Below are positions 8,470 through 19,257 of a stretch of 64,000 nt of DNA, one piece after another. Where the stretch lies: positions 41,163 through 105,162 of IMG/VR virus record IMGVR_UViG_3300013006_000024; one strand, written 5' to 3'. Source of the DNA: a virus. Below the pieces are notes generated by a model. It had not been told where the DNA came from. It searched no databases and was given only the letters and a program-made list of their open reading frames with translations. Each line of letters opens with the position of its first letter. The stretch's first letter is position 1. The position numbers and the translations under genes are program-made.

Positions 8470-10770
8470 ATGGCACGCACAATTCAAAGTCCCGGTGTAC
8501 AAATTCAAGAGGTAGATCTTTCGTTATCAAATGTCGGAACCCCTTCTACCACAGTATTTATTCCAGGTTTCTCTAACAAAGGACCGTCGTCTGAACCGGT
8601 CTCCGTATCCTCATTATCTGAATTTGAGCAAATATTTGGCACACCTACTAATGGTGCAGAGAGATATTTTTATCATTCCGTAAAGGCTGTACTACAATCT
8701 CCTGCAAATGTTTTAGTATACAGATTACCGTACGGAGCGGGTGCTGGTGTTGATACAAGCGATGAGTATAGCGCACTAGTATACCCTGTCCTAACATATT
8801 GCCCTTCTACACAATATACATCAAGCGACTTAACCAAAACAGATTCAAGATATTTCTTCGGCACTCCAACGCATTTAAAACTTACACAAGCTGAATATAT
8901 AGGTATTCTACAAGGAGATGCATTTGCTTGGGCTACTAATACTGAAAATAGAGTAAACTTTCCTAACGTTGCATCGCTTAGCGGTGCAGGGCTAATCATT
9001 CTTAATAAGAATCAATCAACAATTAATTCTAAATTTGAAGGAACATATGTTGGTATTATCGATAACACCAATTTAAATCCCGCTACACCTTTTAACGGTG
9101 TAAACTCAGTTTATACGATTAATAGTGAAACAATATCTGTTTACGGTAATGATAATTTTGTACAAGTACCCTCTACAAGACTTAACTTTACCTTAAGTGC
9201 TGAATCTACAGGTTTACAAGGCTCTGTTTCTGAAGTATTAGAGAATATACCTTCTTTTGATATTTCATCGCATCAATTTGATGATACTGTTTCAATCGGC
9301 GTATTTAAACTCCGTCAATCAGTATTTTCACCCGATACAATTGCCTTAGATTACGTTTTACAGGAAAGTTATACAGGGTCGTTTGATTCAAACAGACAAA
9401 TTAATAGTGAGAATGGTGGACCCGCAATTAGTTTTTCGATTGAGCAATCAAATGCAGGCTCGCTTAATACAACGATTATAGTTAATCCCTTTATCGCTAA
9501 TAAAAACGATACAACATGGCTAGATCTTTCTGGTATACCGTCAAAGAAAGTTCGCTTCCTTACCGATGCATTAGCTACTCCTTTAGATGGCGAAACCGCA
9601 AATGAGTATACCGCCCGTGTAGGTGCGCCTGAGATAAGCGTTGAAGTGATGCTATCACTTCTTGGTAGTACTGCAGCCCTTTATGCGTTAGGTGATTACG
9701 ATAATCAAGATTTAGCTACAAAGATTATCGGCAACTTGCCTCTTAAGCTTACTACCGCCACAGAGAGATTGAATAACGTCGATTTATATCCAATTACTGT
9801 AACTGTTGAAGCTGGATTAGGTACAATTTATGCCAATTCATTTAATCCTTCTACATTTACATATTTTGATGAAACTGCACCGTTTGAAGAACTAGTAGAA
9901 TCGTTAAAGGTACAAAATCCTTCTTCTCTACCAGTAGGTATAACGCGCTATAACGCTGCTGTACAGCCGTTATTGAACTTAGCTGAAGGCAGAAAAGATC
10001 ATATTTTAATATTAGACGCTCTATCGAATATATTTGTACAAGGTGCAAACGTTAAGACGTTAGATCTTCGCGGAAAGAGCTTCTCGGATGATATCTATTG
10101 GCCATTAAAAAATCAATTTACTGCATATAATACAAGTTATGCATGTACATTTGCCAATTGTGCACAAGTTAGTGATGCTGCAACCGATCAGCAGGTCTGG
10201 GTTCCATTCTCCGGGTTTGCTGCAGCTGCTATGGCAAAGACAGATAATAATTATCAGCCTTGGTATGCACCTGCAGGATTCTCCCGCGGTGTTATTATTG
10301 GTGTAAATGATGTCGGTATTTACCCCAAGCAGAAGCAGCGCGATCAGCTTTATAAGATCAATATTAATCCAATTGCGTTCTTCCCGTCTGAAGGCTTTGT
10401 AATCTTCGGACAAAAGACCCTGCAGAAGAAGCCAAGCGCATTCGATAGAATTAATGTTCGTAGGCTATTTCTTAATCTCGAGACAGCAACACGCGATACA
10501 TTAAAATATTTCGTATTCGAGCCAAATACACTCTTTACACGTACACAGGTTATTAATACAATCAGCCCATTGTTTGAGAATGCTAAAAACACTCAAGGTA
10601 TATATGATTATCTAATAATATGCGATGAGCGTAATAATACACCTGCTATAATAGATGATAATACTTTAGTAATTGACATTTATATTAAACCTGTAAGAAC
10701 AGCAGAGTATATACTTTGTAATTTCTACGCTACTAGAACCGGAACAAACTTCCAGGAGATAGTATCATAA
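8470..10770 (+). CDS. gp18: contractile tail sheath (T4 gp18-like)
   Basis: SPGVQIQEVDLS, PWYAPAGFSRG, FGQKTL, FDRINVRRL, FEPN, DERNNTP. Confidence 0.97.
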   Translation: MARTIQSPGVQIQEVDLSLSNVGTPSTTVFIPGFSNKGPSSEPVSVSSLSEFEQIFGTPTNGAERYFYHSVKAVLQSPANVLVYRLPYGAGAGVDTSDEYSALVYPVLTYCPSTQYTSSDLTKTDSRYFFGTPTHLKLTQAEYIGILQGDAFAWATNTENRVNFPNVASLSGAGLIILNKNQSTINSKFEGTYVGIIDNTNLNPATPFNGVNSVYTINSETISVYGNDNFVQVPSTRLNFTLSAESTGLQGSVSEVLENIPSFDISSHQFDDTVSIGVFKLRQSVFSPDTIALDYVLQESYTGSFDSNRQINSENGGPAISFSIEQSNAGSLNTTIIVNPFIANKNDTTWLDLSGIPSKKVRFLTDALATPLDGETANEYTARVGAPEISVEVMLSLLGSTAALYALGDYDNQDLATKIIGNLPLKLTTATERLNNVDLYPITVTVEAGLGTIYANSFNPSTFTYFDETAPFEELVESLKVQNPSSLPVGITRYNAAVQPLLNLAEGRKDHILILDALSNIFVQGANVKTLDLRGKSFSDDIYWPLKNQFTAYNTSYACTFANCAQVSDAATDQQVWVPFSGFAAAAMAKTDNNYQPWYAPAGFSRGVIIGVNDVGIYPKQKQRDQLYKININPIAFFPSEGFVIFGQKTLQKKPSAFDRINVRRLFLNLETATRDTLKYFVFEPNTLFTRTQVINTISPLFENAKNTQGIYDYLIICDERNNTPAIIDDNTLVIDIYIKPVRTAEYILCNFYATRTGTNFQEIVS

Positions 10771-10795
10771 ATGATCGAGGTTAATAAATAATTTT

Positions 10796-11344
10796 ATGGC
10801 TGACGTAAATCAATTAATTACAGACTTTTACAGAGTAGCGACGACACGTGAGTTTGCACGTGATTTTAACTTCCGTGTATTATCCATTAATACTGGCGGT
10901 GCAAGTACGGTATCTTTTGATGAGAATGATTTAGTATATGTTAAAACAGCTACATTACCTGCTCGTTCTATTACCAACGTGCCGGTGCCTTACATGGGGT
11001 TAAATTTTAATTTACCCGGCAATGCTACATATCCTAATAGTGATAGCTATGAATTAACATTTTATGCGGATGCACAGTCTCAAATCCGCCAGAAGTTTGA
11101 ACAGTGGTCAACGGATATTTTTAATGATGCTAATTCGACAGGTAATTATTTCGCCCCTAAGCAGACAGCTATTATTGATTTAGTACAACTAGATAATGCA
11201 TTAAACAGCGTTGGTCAATATCAATTAGTTGGCGTTTCAGTAAGAAACGTTGGACCCCTTCAGTATAATATTGCTACCGGTACTGGTGAGACGATTGAAT
11301 TTACTGCTACTGTTTCTTATCACTACTGGAGAAAACTTAGCTAA
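10796..11344 (+). CDS. gp19: tail tube protein (T4 gp19-like)
   Basis: Follows the sheath gene; ATLPA, VPYMG, LPG, IRQKFEQW, IEFTATVSYHYW. Confidence 0.9.
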   Translation: MADVNQLITDFYRVATTREFARDFNFRVLSINTGGASTVSFDENDLVYVKTATLPARSITNVPVPYMGLNFNLPGNATYPNSDSYELTFYADAQSQIRQKFEQWSTDIFNDANSTGNYFAPKQTAIIDLVQLDNALNSVGQYQLVGVSVRNVGPLQYNIATGTGETIEFTATVSYHYWRKLS

Positions 11345-11370
11345 TTCGTTAGTTAGATCTAAATAATTAG

Positions 11371-12279
11371 GTGAACAATCCGTTTACCAGTGCTTTAAAT
11401 TCGTTAGGTCAAAATTTTACAGATTTGGGTAGAGGTACTAACGCCTCTTTTGCTCCTCAAGCAATTAATCTTTTCGGGTTCAATATCCCGGGCGTACCTA
11501 TAATAAGTCCAAGAGATTATTTCTTGGTACAAATGGAATCATGGTTTACTTCGATTCCCAATTCGACACAGTGGATTATAGTTATAGATAATTATCCCCC
11601 TGCATTAAGAAGCAGTATTATTCAAGGATTAGAAAGAACTGACGGTAGTAAAAAAGGGTTTGATATTGATACAGCTAGATCTATTTTAAATAGCTTTCCT
11701 TTACAAAAAATTGTAGGTTGTTTGTTCGCGCATTCAATTGTTATACCCACCGAACAATATTCAGTAAGCACAGTATCAATTAATAATAATAGAGGTTTTT
11801 TACCTGGTGTTTTAGGTGGTCCGAGAATTACCGAAGCTCCGGAATTAGTAATTGAGTTTAGAGAAACAAATACATCGTTTGTCGACTTCGTACTCAGACC
11901 TTGGGTGATAGTGGGGTCGCATTACGGGATGACCGCCCGCCCGGGTGATACTCAAGGTAATAAAGATCCTAAAAATATGAAAGTAAATATGACTTTATTA
12001 GAGTATACAAGAACATATCAAGGTATATCTATGATACCTAGAAAAGTGTTTAATTTTTACAATTGTATGCCATATCAAGTTTCAGAGCAATCCTTAGATT
12101 ATTCAGATGAAAAGCTAACTACATATAGTACAAGATGGACGTATTCAAATTATACGGTTGAAAACAATCTTTACTTGCCTATTGCTGATCTTGTTAATAG
12201 AATATCTAATGGATCTATACCTCGAATTACTAGCTTCCAGAACGGACTCGGGAATATAAATCCTTTAGGATTTTTATAA
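11371..12279 (+). CDS. baseplate tube-initiator/tube-fold protein (gp54-like)
   Basis: Tube-fold motifs (IEFRET, FVLRPW, FYNCMP, TRWTY) and position after the tube gene. Confidence 0.6.
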   Translation: MNNPFTSALNSLGQNFTDLGRGTNASFAPQAINLFGFNIPGVPIISPRDYFLVQMESWFTSIPNSTQWIIVIDNYPPALRSSIIQGLERTDGSKKGFDIDTARSILNSFPLQKIVGCLFAHSIVIPTEQYSVSTVSINNNRGFLPGVLGGPRITEAPELVIEFRETNTSFVDFVLRPWVIVGSHYGMTARPGDTQGNKDPKNMKVNMTLLEYTRTYQGISMIPRKVFNFYNCMPYQVSEQSLDYSDEKLTTYSTRWTYSNYTVENNLYLPIADLVNRISNGSIPRITSFQNGLGNINPLGFL

Positions 12280-13136
12280 TGGCATTTTATTTAAATTTCG
12301 AAACACCTACTTTAAAAACACCTCTTAAGATAAAAGAATTATCTTTTAAGCAATTTAGAGAGCTTAACAAATATATTTTATCTAATAATAATGAATTTAT
12401 TGAAAGCTGTTTAAATACAATTATTTTTGATAATCTAGAAAACAAAACACAATTCCATCGACTATCAAATTTTGATAAATTTTGCTGCATGCTTTTGCTA
12501 AGAAGTGTATGTGTATCTCCTGATTTAGAAGTTTTTCAGAAGAAGCAAAACGTAAAAATATCTGTATCAGATTTTTTAAATAGTTGCTTAAACTTCAATA
12601 AAGAATTTACAAAGACAATTACACAACCAGATATAGAGATCACACTTGAACTACCTCATAATTTTATTATACAAAACTTCTTAGAATTACCTCATCTTGT
12701 TATTAAGAAAGTTAAGATTCAAGACTCTTCATACAACTTTAATGAATTAGAAGAAACAATAAAAAATGATATTATTGAGACATTACCTGGTAGTATTATT
12801 TTTGAAATTAAAACGTTTTTTGAAGAAACAGTTGAAAAATTTAAAGCTTTAGAATTTAAAATACCTAGCTTTGAAGAGGTAATAGTACTAAACCCATTTG
12901 ATGGTACTTTACTTGAGCTACTAAAGCTTATCTTTAGAGCTAATTTGTCTAATATATATGAAATGCAGTATATCCTTGTCAGTAAACTATATTACACGCC
13001 TGAATATTTAGATGAAAATACCTTTACAGAGAATCTCCTTATAATACGGCTATTTGAAGACGAAATTAAGCGTCAAGAAGATCAGCATAAAAAGTCAAAA
13101 TCCCCTTCTATACCGATTAACCCTGGAAAACCATAA
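12279..13136 (+). CDS. baseplate hub assembly protein (gp26/gp51-like)
   Basis: LSNFDKFCCMLLLRSVCV resembles the gp26 FD-xx-LLLR motif; C-terminal Y-x-Q-Y-x-L segment is gp51-like. Confidence 0.5.
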   Translation: MAFYLNFETPTLKTPLKIKELSFKQFRELNKYILSNNNEFIESCLNTIIFDNLENKTQFHRLSNFDKFCCMLLLRSVCVSPDLEVFQKKQNVKISVSDFLNSCLNFNKEFTKTITQPDIEITLELPHNFIIQNFLELPHLVIKKVKIQDSSYNFNELEETIKNDIIETLPGSIIFEIKTFFEETVEKFKALEFKIPSFEEVIVLNPFDGTLLELLKLIFRANLSNIYEMQYILVSKLYYTPEYLDENTFTENLLIIRLFEDEIKRQEDQHKKSKSPSIPINPGKP

Positions 13137-13155
13137 CTTTAGGATAAATTATTAA

Positions 13156-13929
13156 ATGAGCAGCAATTCAGTAGTTGACAAAATTAAGCAAATAGCTATT
13201 ATTAATAAAGTTAATACGTATGCACGTTCAGTCAATGCAGACGTTTCATTCTTACCCTTAACTATTAAGCAGCAAAAAAATATTATAAAGACTGCATTAG
13301 ATGTAGTTCTTTCTCCTATTACTTTTTCTCTTACTACTACAGAAATTATTAAGGAAAATATTCAAACAAAGACTAACCTTTCAATAATAGATAAGCCTCT
13401 AATTCTCTTAGCGTTAAGGGCTAATTCTTTAGGAACCTCTTATGTTATAGACGGTGCACAAAAAGAAGTTGTAGATTTATCTGAATGCTTAAAGAGACGC
13501 GAAGCAATAAATATAGCTGATCTTGCAGAAACCTTAACGTTTGATAATTTGGAAATTACAACCAAGGTTCCTTCTTTAGAAGAAGATTACCGTGTTAATT
13601 TAGATTGTAAGAGAGTATTAGAAAGTCGTAAGAGTAATGATAATGATAAAATAAAAGATCTTATAGGCGAAGTTTATGTTTATGAAATTATTAAGTTTAT
13701 CGATAATATTAAGGTCACTGTTGATAGTAAAACCGATGAGATAAAATTTAATATCTTATCTATTAATCAAAAAGTTGAGACTGTAGAAAGCCTTCCTATG
13801 GCAGTTACAACGAAATTAATACAGAGTATTGCCAATATTAGAAAAGTAGAAACTGATTCTTTAAAATTAATGGTTGGCGATAAAGAAGTTACTATTAATT
13901 TAGACACCTCATTTTTTACAAAAGAATAA
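13156..13929 (+). CDS. baseplate hub subunit (gp26-like)
   Basis: FLPLTIKQQKNII, IDKPLILLALRANSLG, VESLP, C-terminal SFF. Confidence 0.65.
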   Translation: MSSNSVVDKIKQIAIINKVNTYARSVNADVSFLPLTIKQQKNIIKTALDVVLSPITFSLTTTEIIKENIQTKTNLSIIDKPLILLALRANSLGTSYVIDGAQKEVVDLSECLKRREAINIADLAETLTFDNLEITTKVPSLEEDYRVNLDCKRVLESRKSNDNDKIKDLIGEVYVYEIIKFIDNIKVTVDSKTDEIKFNILSINQKVETVESLPMAVTTKLIQSIANIRKVETDSLKLMVGDKEVTINLDTSFFTKE

Positions 13930-13967
13930 TGCAATTTTGACTATTCATTCATAAGTATTAATAGCTT

Positions 13968-16004
13968 ATGGATCCTCAGCAATTTCAGCTATTTTTAGAT
14001 CAACTAACTAAAATAAGTTCAAGGCTTGATTCTATCTATAGCACGATGCCTGAACCTGATGATAAAAAAGGTAAAGATAAAGACAAGATAGATAGATTAC
14101 AGCCCCGCGAAAAGGAAAGAATAAAAGAAATAGCTAAAATTTATTCTAAAGAGTTTGATAAAAACTTTACGAGACTTACTAAAAAACAAGAAGAGTTAAA
14201 TGATAAAAATGAAAAACTTTTTCAAAAAAATGGTATTAAAGTTAAGCTAGAATCTGTTTCCAGAGATGTTTTAAGAAGTCTTAAAAAAATATTTTCTGAA
14301 AGCACTGCAAGGTCTTTATCAATGCAAACAGCACCCGGTGGAGGCAAAGGCGGCGGTATAGCAGGTGCAGCTGGAAACTTTTTAGGTAATTTAATTGGAG
14401 GTGCTGGGCCTTGGGGAGCTATAATTGCTGCTATAGCTGCCGTCGGAGGTGTAGCTATTATATATCTGCTTTTACAAAATCTTGATAAGCTTTCTACATT
14501 TTTAAAAGACGCATTACCTGCTATAGGAGATTTCTTTGTTAAAGTTTTACCCCCTGCTATTGAAAGTGCAGGTAAAGCTATGTCTACTGTTATAATACCT
14601 TTAATACAAACAGTTGTTGAGAATGTTGTAAAATTAGCTGAAATCATTTTATCTCATATCCCTCCTGTTTTAAAAGCAATCGGAGATATATTACTTCCTA
14701 TTATTAGTGATGTAAAAGAATTTTTTGAATTTATAATAGCTAATATACCTTCTATAGTAGAGTCGTTTTTTGGTGGTATAGCTAATCTTACAGAAGTAAT
14801 TTTAAAAAATTTACCCCCTATAATGCCCTACATAACTGAGTTAGCCAGTTACATTAAAGAAATATATTTGTCTTTAATTGATAAAATTCCTGTAATTTTA
14901 AATACGTTTAAAGATGTATTTTTACCTACTTTATCAGCTGTTAAAGATGTAATTTTAGCACTAATACCACCATTAAAAGACATTCTTTCTGAAACTATTA
15001 ATGGTATTACTACTATAGCACCTTATGTAAAAACAATCTTAGTATCAGCATTCGAAAATTTAAGAAAAATTATTAATACCTTAGTTGTTAGTCTTGAGCC
15101 GTTTGTAACATTAATAGGTCAAACTCTACTAGAAGCATTTAAAGCTATTACAGTTTTTGTAGATCAATTTTTTGATTCGTTTAAAACTCTAGTAAATTTT
15201 ATTAAAGATGTAGCATTACAATCGATTAGTACTGTTGAAAAAATATTTACTAAATTTAGTGATACGTTTAAATGGATTATCACACAAGATCCAGCTCATA
15301 TTACAGCAGTAGCTGCAGCAGTAGTTGCGCTAGGTGCCGCAGTTGCAACCTTTGGATTAGCTGATGCTAGCGGTACACTTATATCTGCAGCAGGGTCTTT
15401 CTTCAAGAAAGGCAAAACACCTTTAGATGCTATTATAGATCTTGCTGATAAAAGCGATAAACTAATAATAGCGTCAAATAACATAGGAATTTTATCTAGT
15501 ACATTAGCTGAATTTACAAAACAAACTTACGGTGATGAATTTGTAGATCAAATGGCTAAAGTAGGTAAAGGTATAGAGCAAATAACTAATGTAAAGAATT
15601 TAGATAAATTACAAAATCTTAAATATGTCAATGATCTAAAAAACGTAGAATTACCTGCTAAATCAGTTGAAATAGCAGCACAGCAAAAAACAGATGTAAG
15701 CTTTAAGGAAGGTAGCGATATATTCGAGGACCTCTATTCATCAACAACTACTTTAAACGATAGTATTACCGAACTAACAGCATCGTTAGATAATATTAAG
15801 AATAGAATAGAGGACTCAATTAAGGTACAGCAACAACAAGCTAAACTCACAGATAATAGCTTAGGAACTCTAAAAGAGATTCGAGATAAAGAACAATCGA
15901 GTAACAACGTTGTTGTTAATAATAGCTCAAGTCAAATGGTTCTAACTCAAAAACAATCATCAAATTTTGATTTTAGAAGAGGACTTGTAGCTGTCAATTA
16001 TTAA
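13968..16004 (+). CDS. tape measure protein
   Basis: 678 aa; helical, with a Gly/Ala hydrophobic stretch and about 11-residue amphipathic repeats; C-terminal NVVVNNSS; lies between hub and tube-cap genes. Confidence 0.75.
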   Translation: MDPQQFQLFLDQLTKISSRLDSIYSTMPEPDDKKGKDKDKIDRLQPREKERIKEIAKIYSKEFDKNFTRLTKKQEELNDKNEKLFQKNGIKVKLESVSRDVLRSLKKIFSESTARSLSMQTAPGGGKGGGIAGAAGNFLGNLIGGAGPWGAIIAAIAAVGGVAIIYLLLQNLDKLSTFLKDALPAIGDFFVKVLPPAIESAGKAMSTVIIPLIQTVVENVVKLAEIILSHIPPVLKAIGDILLPIISDVKEFFEFIIANIPSIVESFFGGIANLTEVILKNLPPIMPYITELASYIKEIYLSLIDKIPVILNTFKDVFLPTLSAVKDVILALIPPLKDILSETINGITTIAPYVKTILVSAFENLRKIINTLVVSLEPFVTLIGQTLLEAFKAITVFVDQFFDSFKTLVNFIKDVALQSISTVEKIFTKFSDTFKWIITQDPAHITAVAAAVVALGAAVATFGLADASGTLISAAGSFFKKGKTPLDAIIDLADKSDKLIIASNNIGILSSTLAEFTKQTYGDEFVDQMAKVGKGIEQITNVKNLDKLQNLKYVNDLKNVELPAKSVEIAAQQKTDVSFKEGSDIFEDLYSSTTTLNDSITELTASLDNIKNRIEDSIKVQQQQAKLTDNSLGTLKEIRDKEQSSNNVVVNNSSSQMVLTQKQSSNFDFRRGLVAVNY

Positions 16005-16015
16005 TAAGTACTATT

Positions 16016-17323
16016 ATGAATCATGTATTTTCTATTTCAAGAAGTCGTACGGTAGATGCATCTAATTTAAGCGATGCTGAGGTTAGCCCGCCTTTATTAG
16101 TTGCCCCAAATATTGCACAGACTGGCACCGGTTTAGCTACATCTAACACTTCACAGGTAGGTACCACCGTTGATGTCGTTTCAGACTTTTACTGGACGTA
16201 CTCAAAATTAAAAGAATCTAGACAAGAAGTACCTAAAATCATCCTAACCGAAAGACGCTTAAAATCTAATGCACTTATCTCACAGTTAAAATATTCTTTT
16301 GGTGTTACCAAAGATGCAGTTACCGCTGCTATTAATAAGTTACCCGATAATGTTAAAAACGACTTAAATGATTTTTTTAAAAATATAGAAACAAATACCG
16401 GAGTGGTGCAAAACACAACTAATTTTGTAAACAAATTTGACTTCTTACAAGATAATAATGATATCTATGATAACAACCCATATTTAAGACCTTACAGAAA
16501 CCTGTATATTACTGAACCCACAGGATGGCAGTTTGTATTACCATACTTTGAAAATTTTTCCGGTGCTCAAGCTAATGCATTTTCTGATGATGCTCCTAAC
16601 CCGTTTTTAGGTATACTTAAAAAAGCATCTGAGGGTCTCTCTGATTTAGCTTCAACTGCTTCTATCTTAACGGGCCCTGCTTCTATAAGCTTTGTCGAAA
16701 AATCTAAGTTTTATAGCTATAACACAGAAGGTGAAGATATTACATTTACATTTCCTTTAATTAATACAGGTTCGGTTACATTTGATGATGTAATTAGAAA
16801 CTGGGAATTGCTTTTCTTATTACTCTACAATAATAAGCCTGCTAGAAGAAATACCGCTTTAATTGACCCGCCAAACATTTATCAAGTAGAAATACCAGGC
16901 GTTAAATTTTTGCCTTTTTGTTATATGTCTAGTATTGCTATAGAATTTCAAGGCTCGAGAAGAGAACTAACTTTTGATCTTTCTTATTTAGATAATTTAA
17001 ATGTTGAATCAGCTACTCCTATTTTCGGAGGCGGTGTAGGAAACGCGGTAGGAGGTGCTATTAGAAATTTCTTTAATAATAAAGCGTCACAAACAATAGG
17101 ATTCTTTAATCAACCAATTAGAAAGAAAATAACTACTATTATACCCGATGCATATCTTATAAAAATTACTGTAAAAAGCTTATTAGCTGATTCTAAGAAT
17201 TTTATGTATTCTATAATAAACAATCAACCCGTGGTTACTACTAGTGTTTCCGATGCTGCAGCTTTAGAAACAGTAACTCAAGCAGCCGAGCAAATACTAG
17301 TTAATAGGAGTCTAGGAAGATAA
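16016..17323 (+). CDS. baseplate tail-tube cap (gp48-like)
   Basis: ITFTFPL...DPPNIYQVEIPG...CYMSSIAIEF pattern. Confidence 0.6.
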   Translation: MNHVFSISRSRTVDASNLSDAEVSPPLLVAPNIAQTGTGLATSNTSQVGTTVDVVSDFYWTYSKLKESRQEVPKIILTERRLKSNALISQLKYSFGVTKDAVTAAINKLPDNVKNDLNDFFKNIETNTGVVQNTTNFVNKFDFLQDNNDIYDNNPYLRPYRNLYITEPTGWQFVLPYFENFSGAQANAFSDDAPNPFLGILKKASEGLSDLASTASILTGPASISFVEKSKFYSYNTEGEDITFTFPLINTGSVTFDDVIRNWELLFLLLYNNKPARRNTALIDPPNIYQVEIPGVKFLPFCYMSSIAIEFQGSRRELTFDLSYLDNLNVESATPIFGGGVGNAVGGAIRNFFNNKASQTIGFFNQPIRKKITTIIPDAYLIKITVKSLLADSKNFMYSIINNQPVVTTSVSDAAALETVTQAAEQILVNRSLGR

Positions 17324-17324
17324 T

Positions 17325-17693
17325 ATGGAAGGCCTTGGAACATATCAAAATAAATTATCAGATCTTCCTGTTTTAAAAAACTTAAGATACGAGAATATAT
17401 TTAAAGTATATACAACAGATAAAAGTCAATATTATTATAATTTACTACAATCAATTTTCTTACCGGAAAAGTTAAATCCGGATTTAATATATTATCAGTC
17501 TTTAAATACAAAAACACCTTGGACAGTAGTAAGTTTTAATGCTTACAAAACTATTGAATTGTGGTGGCTGATATGTCTAACTAACCAAATATATAACCCT
17601 GTTAAATTTCCTGATAGAGGGGCAGTTTTAAAGATTATTAAGCCGCAATACGTACCTAATATCTTGAGCGAAATAAAACAAGCATTAAAATAA
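17325..17693 (+). CDS. baseplate wedge protein, LysM-like (gp53-like)
   Basis: VSFNAYKTIELWWLICLTNQIYNP...GAVLKII. Confidence 0.8.
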   Translation: MEGLGTYQNKLSDLPVLKNLRYENIFKVYTTDKSQYYYNLLQSIFLPEKLNPDLIYYQSLNTKTPWTVVSFNAYKTIELWWLICLTNQIYNPVKFPDRGAVLKIIKPQYVPNILSEIKQALK

Positions 17694-17696
17694 TAT

Positions 17697-19256
17697 ATGG
17701 CTGATTCTATAGCTTACGATGAAAATTTTAATAATATTATCAACGGTAATAATTACCGCTTTAATATTGGCTTAGTTACTGCAGACGGTAGATATCAAGA
17801 GCTAAAAATAGCATCAATAAATTCTCTTGTTATTGAAGACCTATTTACCGACTTCTATCACAAAGGATACATTATTATAAACAACAGATTTGATGGCGTA
17901 GAAAGATTAGCTGATGTAAAGAATAAAGAAAGACTTACAGTAACATCTAATTTTATAGCCGATAAAGGGTTTATCTTTAGAGGCGATTCTAGAGACTTTT
18001 TAATCGTAGATATTATGCCTAAACTTGATGATACGCAATTTAGTTTTAATGACGATAGCAAAGCTAATACTTCTTTTAGAATGCTTTTTACCTTTTCAAT
18101 ATATAATACAGAAGAAATTGCCGGAGAATTACCTGGTGAAAAATTCAAAAAACTTTATTTTTGGGATATATATCATGACGTTTTAAAGAATAAAAATTCA
18201 TATTTTTCAACTTCAAATTATTTAAAAGATAAACCCGGTATTAATAATTTATCTAATACTGATAGAGGTATACCTACAGGTACTGCAATAAAACACTTTT
18301 TACAAGAATTTTTTAATAAAGATGACGGTTTATCTATTTCTATTAATGAAAATGAATTTGATCCCGGAAGCACTTCCGTGTTCTTTTCTGCACCTGCGCG
18401 CTTTAAAGGGATTGATTGCCTTACTTATCTTTTGAATAGACATGTTTCCGATGCAAATAATAATTTTGACCAAGGGTTTTTAAGGAAAAGTAGAAGCGAT
18501 TCATCTTTCTCACTTCAAAGCTTAGGAACCTACTTTAAAAAAGCATTGACAGAGAATAGCCCTTCTATTGGTCAGTATTTTTTAGAGACGTTTAAACTTG
18601 GCGAATACTCGGATAAAAATAATGAGTTCATTATAGAAAGCGTATCATTTACTCCTCCAAATTCCTTGTACTTAGGAAAATACGGAACTATTAGCAATTT
18701 TGTATATGACCCTATGCCTGGTGAATATACCCAACAAGATTTGGTTACCACATTGGTTCATAGCTATAATAATGATGAGAAATCTTTTAATATAGATCAA
18801 GACCGTAATACAATAATGTCTGCACTTTCTGTTTACGGAAAAAACTATGTAGAACCATTTAATAAATTATGTCCAGATGAAAATGCACATATTAATTTTT
18901 ACCCCGGTGAGTATAGATTGCAGCAAAAAAATGTTAAGAACGTTCTTTCTGTAGTTGAAGCTAATTCAGATCAAAGACTAGCTGCAGGAAGAAATAGAGC
19001 TATTTTTAATAATGTGTTTCTTAATAATACAGTGTTATTTAAAGTGCCTGGGTCGACCCATCGTCAGGCAGGTAGGTTTATAGGTATTAATAGAGAAGGC
19101 GCAACCGCTTATAGCGATTTTGATAGTAAAATTTTAGGTGTATATTTTGTTTTAGAAGTTAAACACTTATTTGAAGGCAATGATTATTTTACTGAACTAA
19201 GATGCGTTAAGACATATAGTTATGATAATCTGTTCTTAAATACAAAGAGTAGATAA
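17697..19256 (+). CDS. baseplate hub protein (gp27-like)
   Basis: IEDLF...GYIII; C-terminal VPGSTHRQAGRFI...GVYFVLEVKHLF. Confidence 0.7.
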   Translation: MADSIAYDENFNNIINGNNYRFNIGLVTADGRYQELKIASINSLVIEDLFTDFYHKGYIIINNRFDGVERLADVKNKERLTVTSNFIADKGFIFRGDSRDFLIVDIMPKLDDTQFSFNDDSKANTSFRMLFTFSIYNTEEIAGELPGEKFKKLYFWDIYHDVLKNKNSYFSTSNYLKDKPGINNLSNTDRGIPTGTAIKHFLQEFFNKDDGLSISINENEFDPGSTSVFFSAPARFKGIDCLTYLLNRHVSDANNNFDQGFLRKSRSDSSFSLQSLGTYFKKALTENSPSIGQYFLETFKLGEYSDKNNEFIIESVSFTPPNSLYLGKYGTISNFVYDPMPGEYTQQDLVTTLVHSYNNDEKSFNIDQDRNTIMSALSVYGKNYVEPFNKLCPDENAHINFYPGEYRLQQKNVKNVLSVVEANSDQRLAAGRNRAIFNNVFLNNTVLFKVPGSTHRQAGRFIGINREGATAYSDFDSKILGVYFVLEVKHLFEGNDYFTELRCVKTYSYDNLFLNTKSR

Positions 19257-19257
19257 T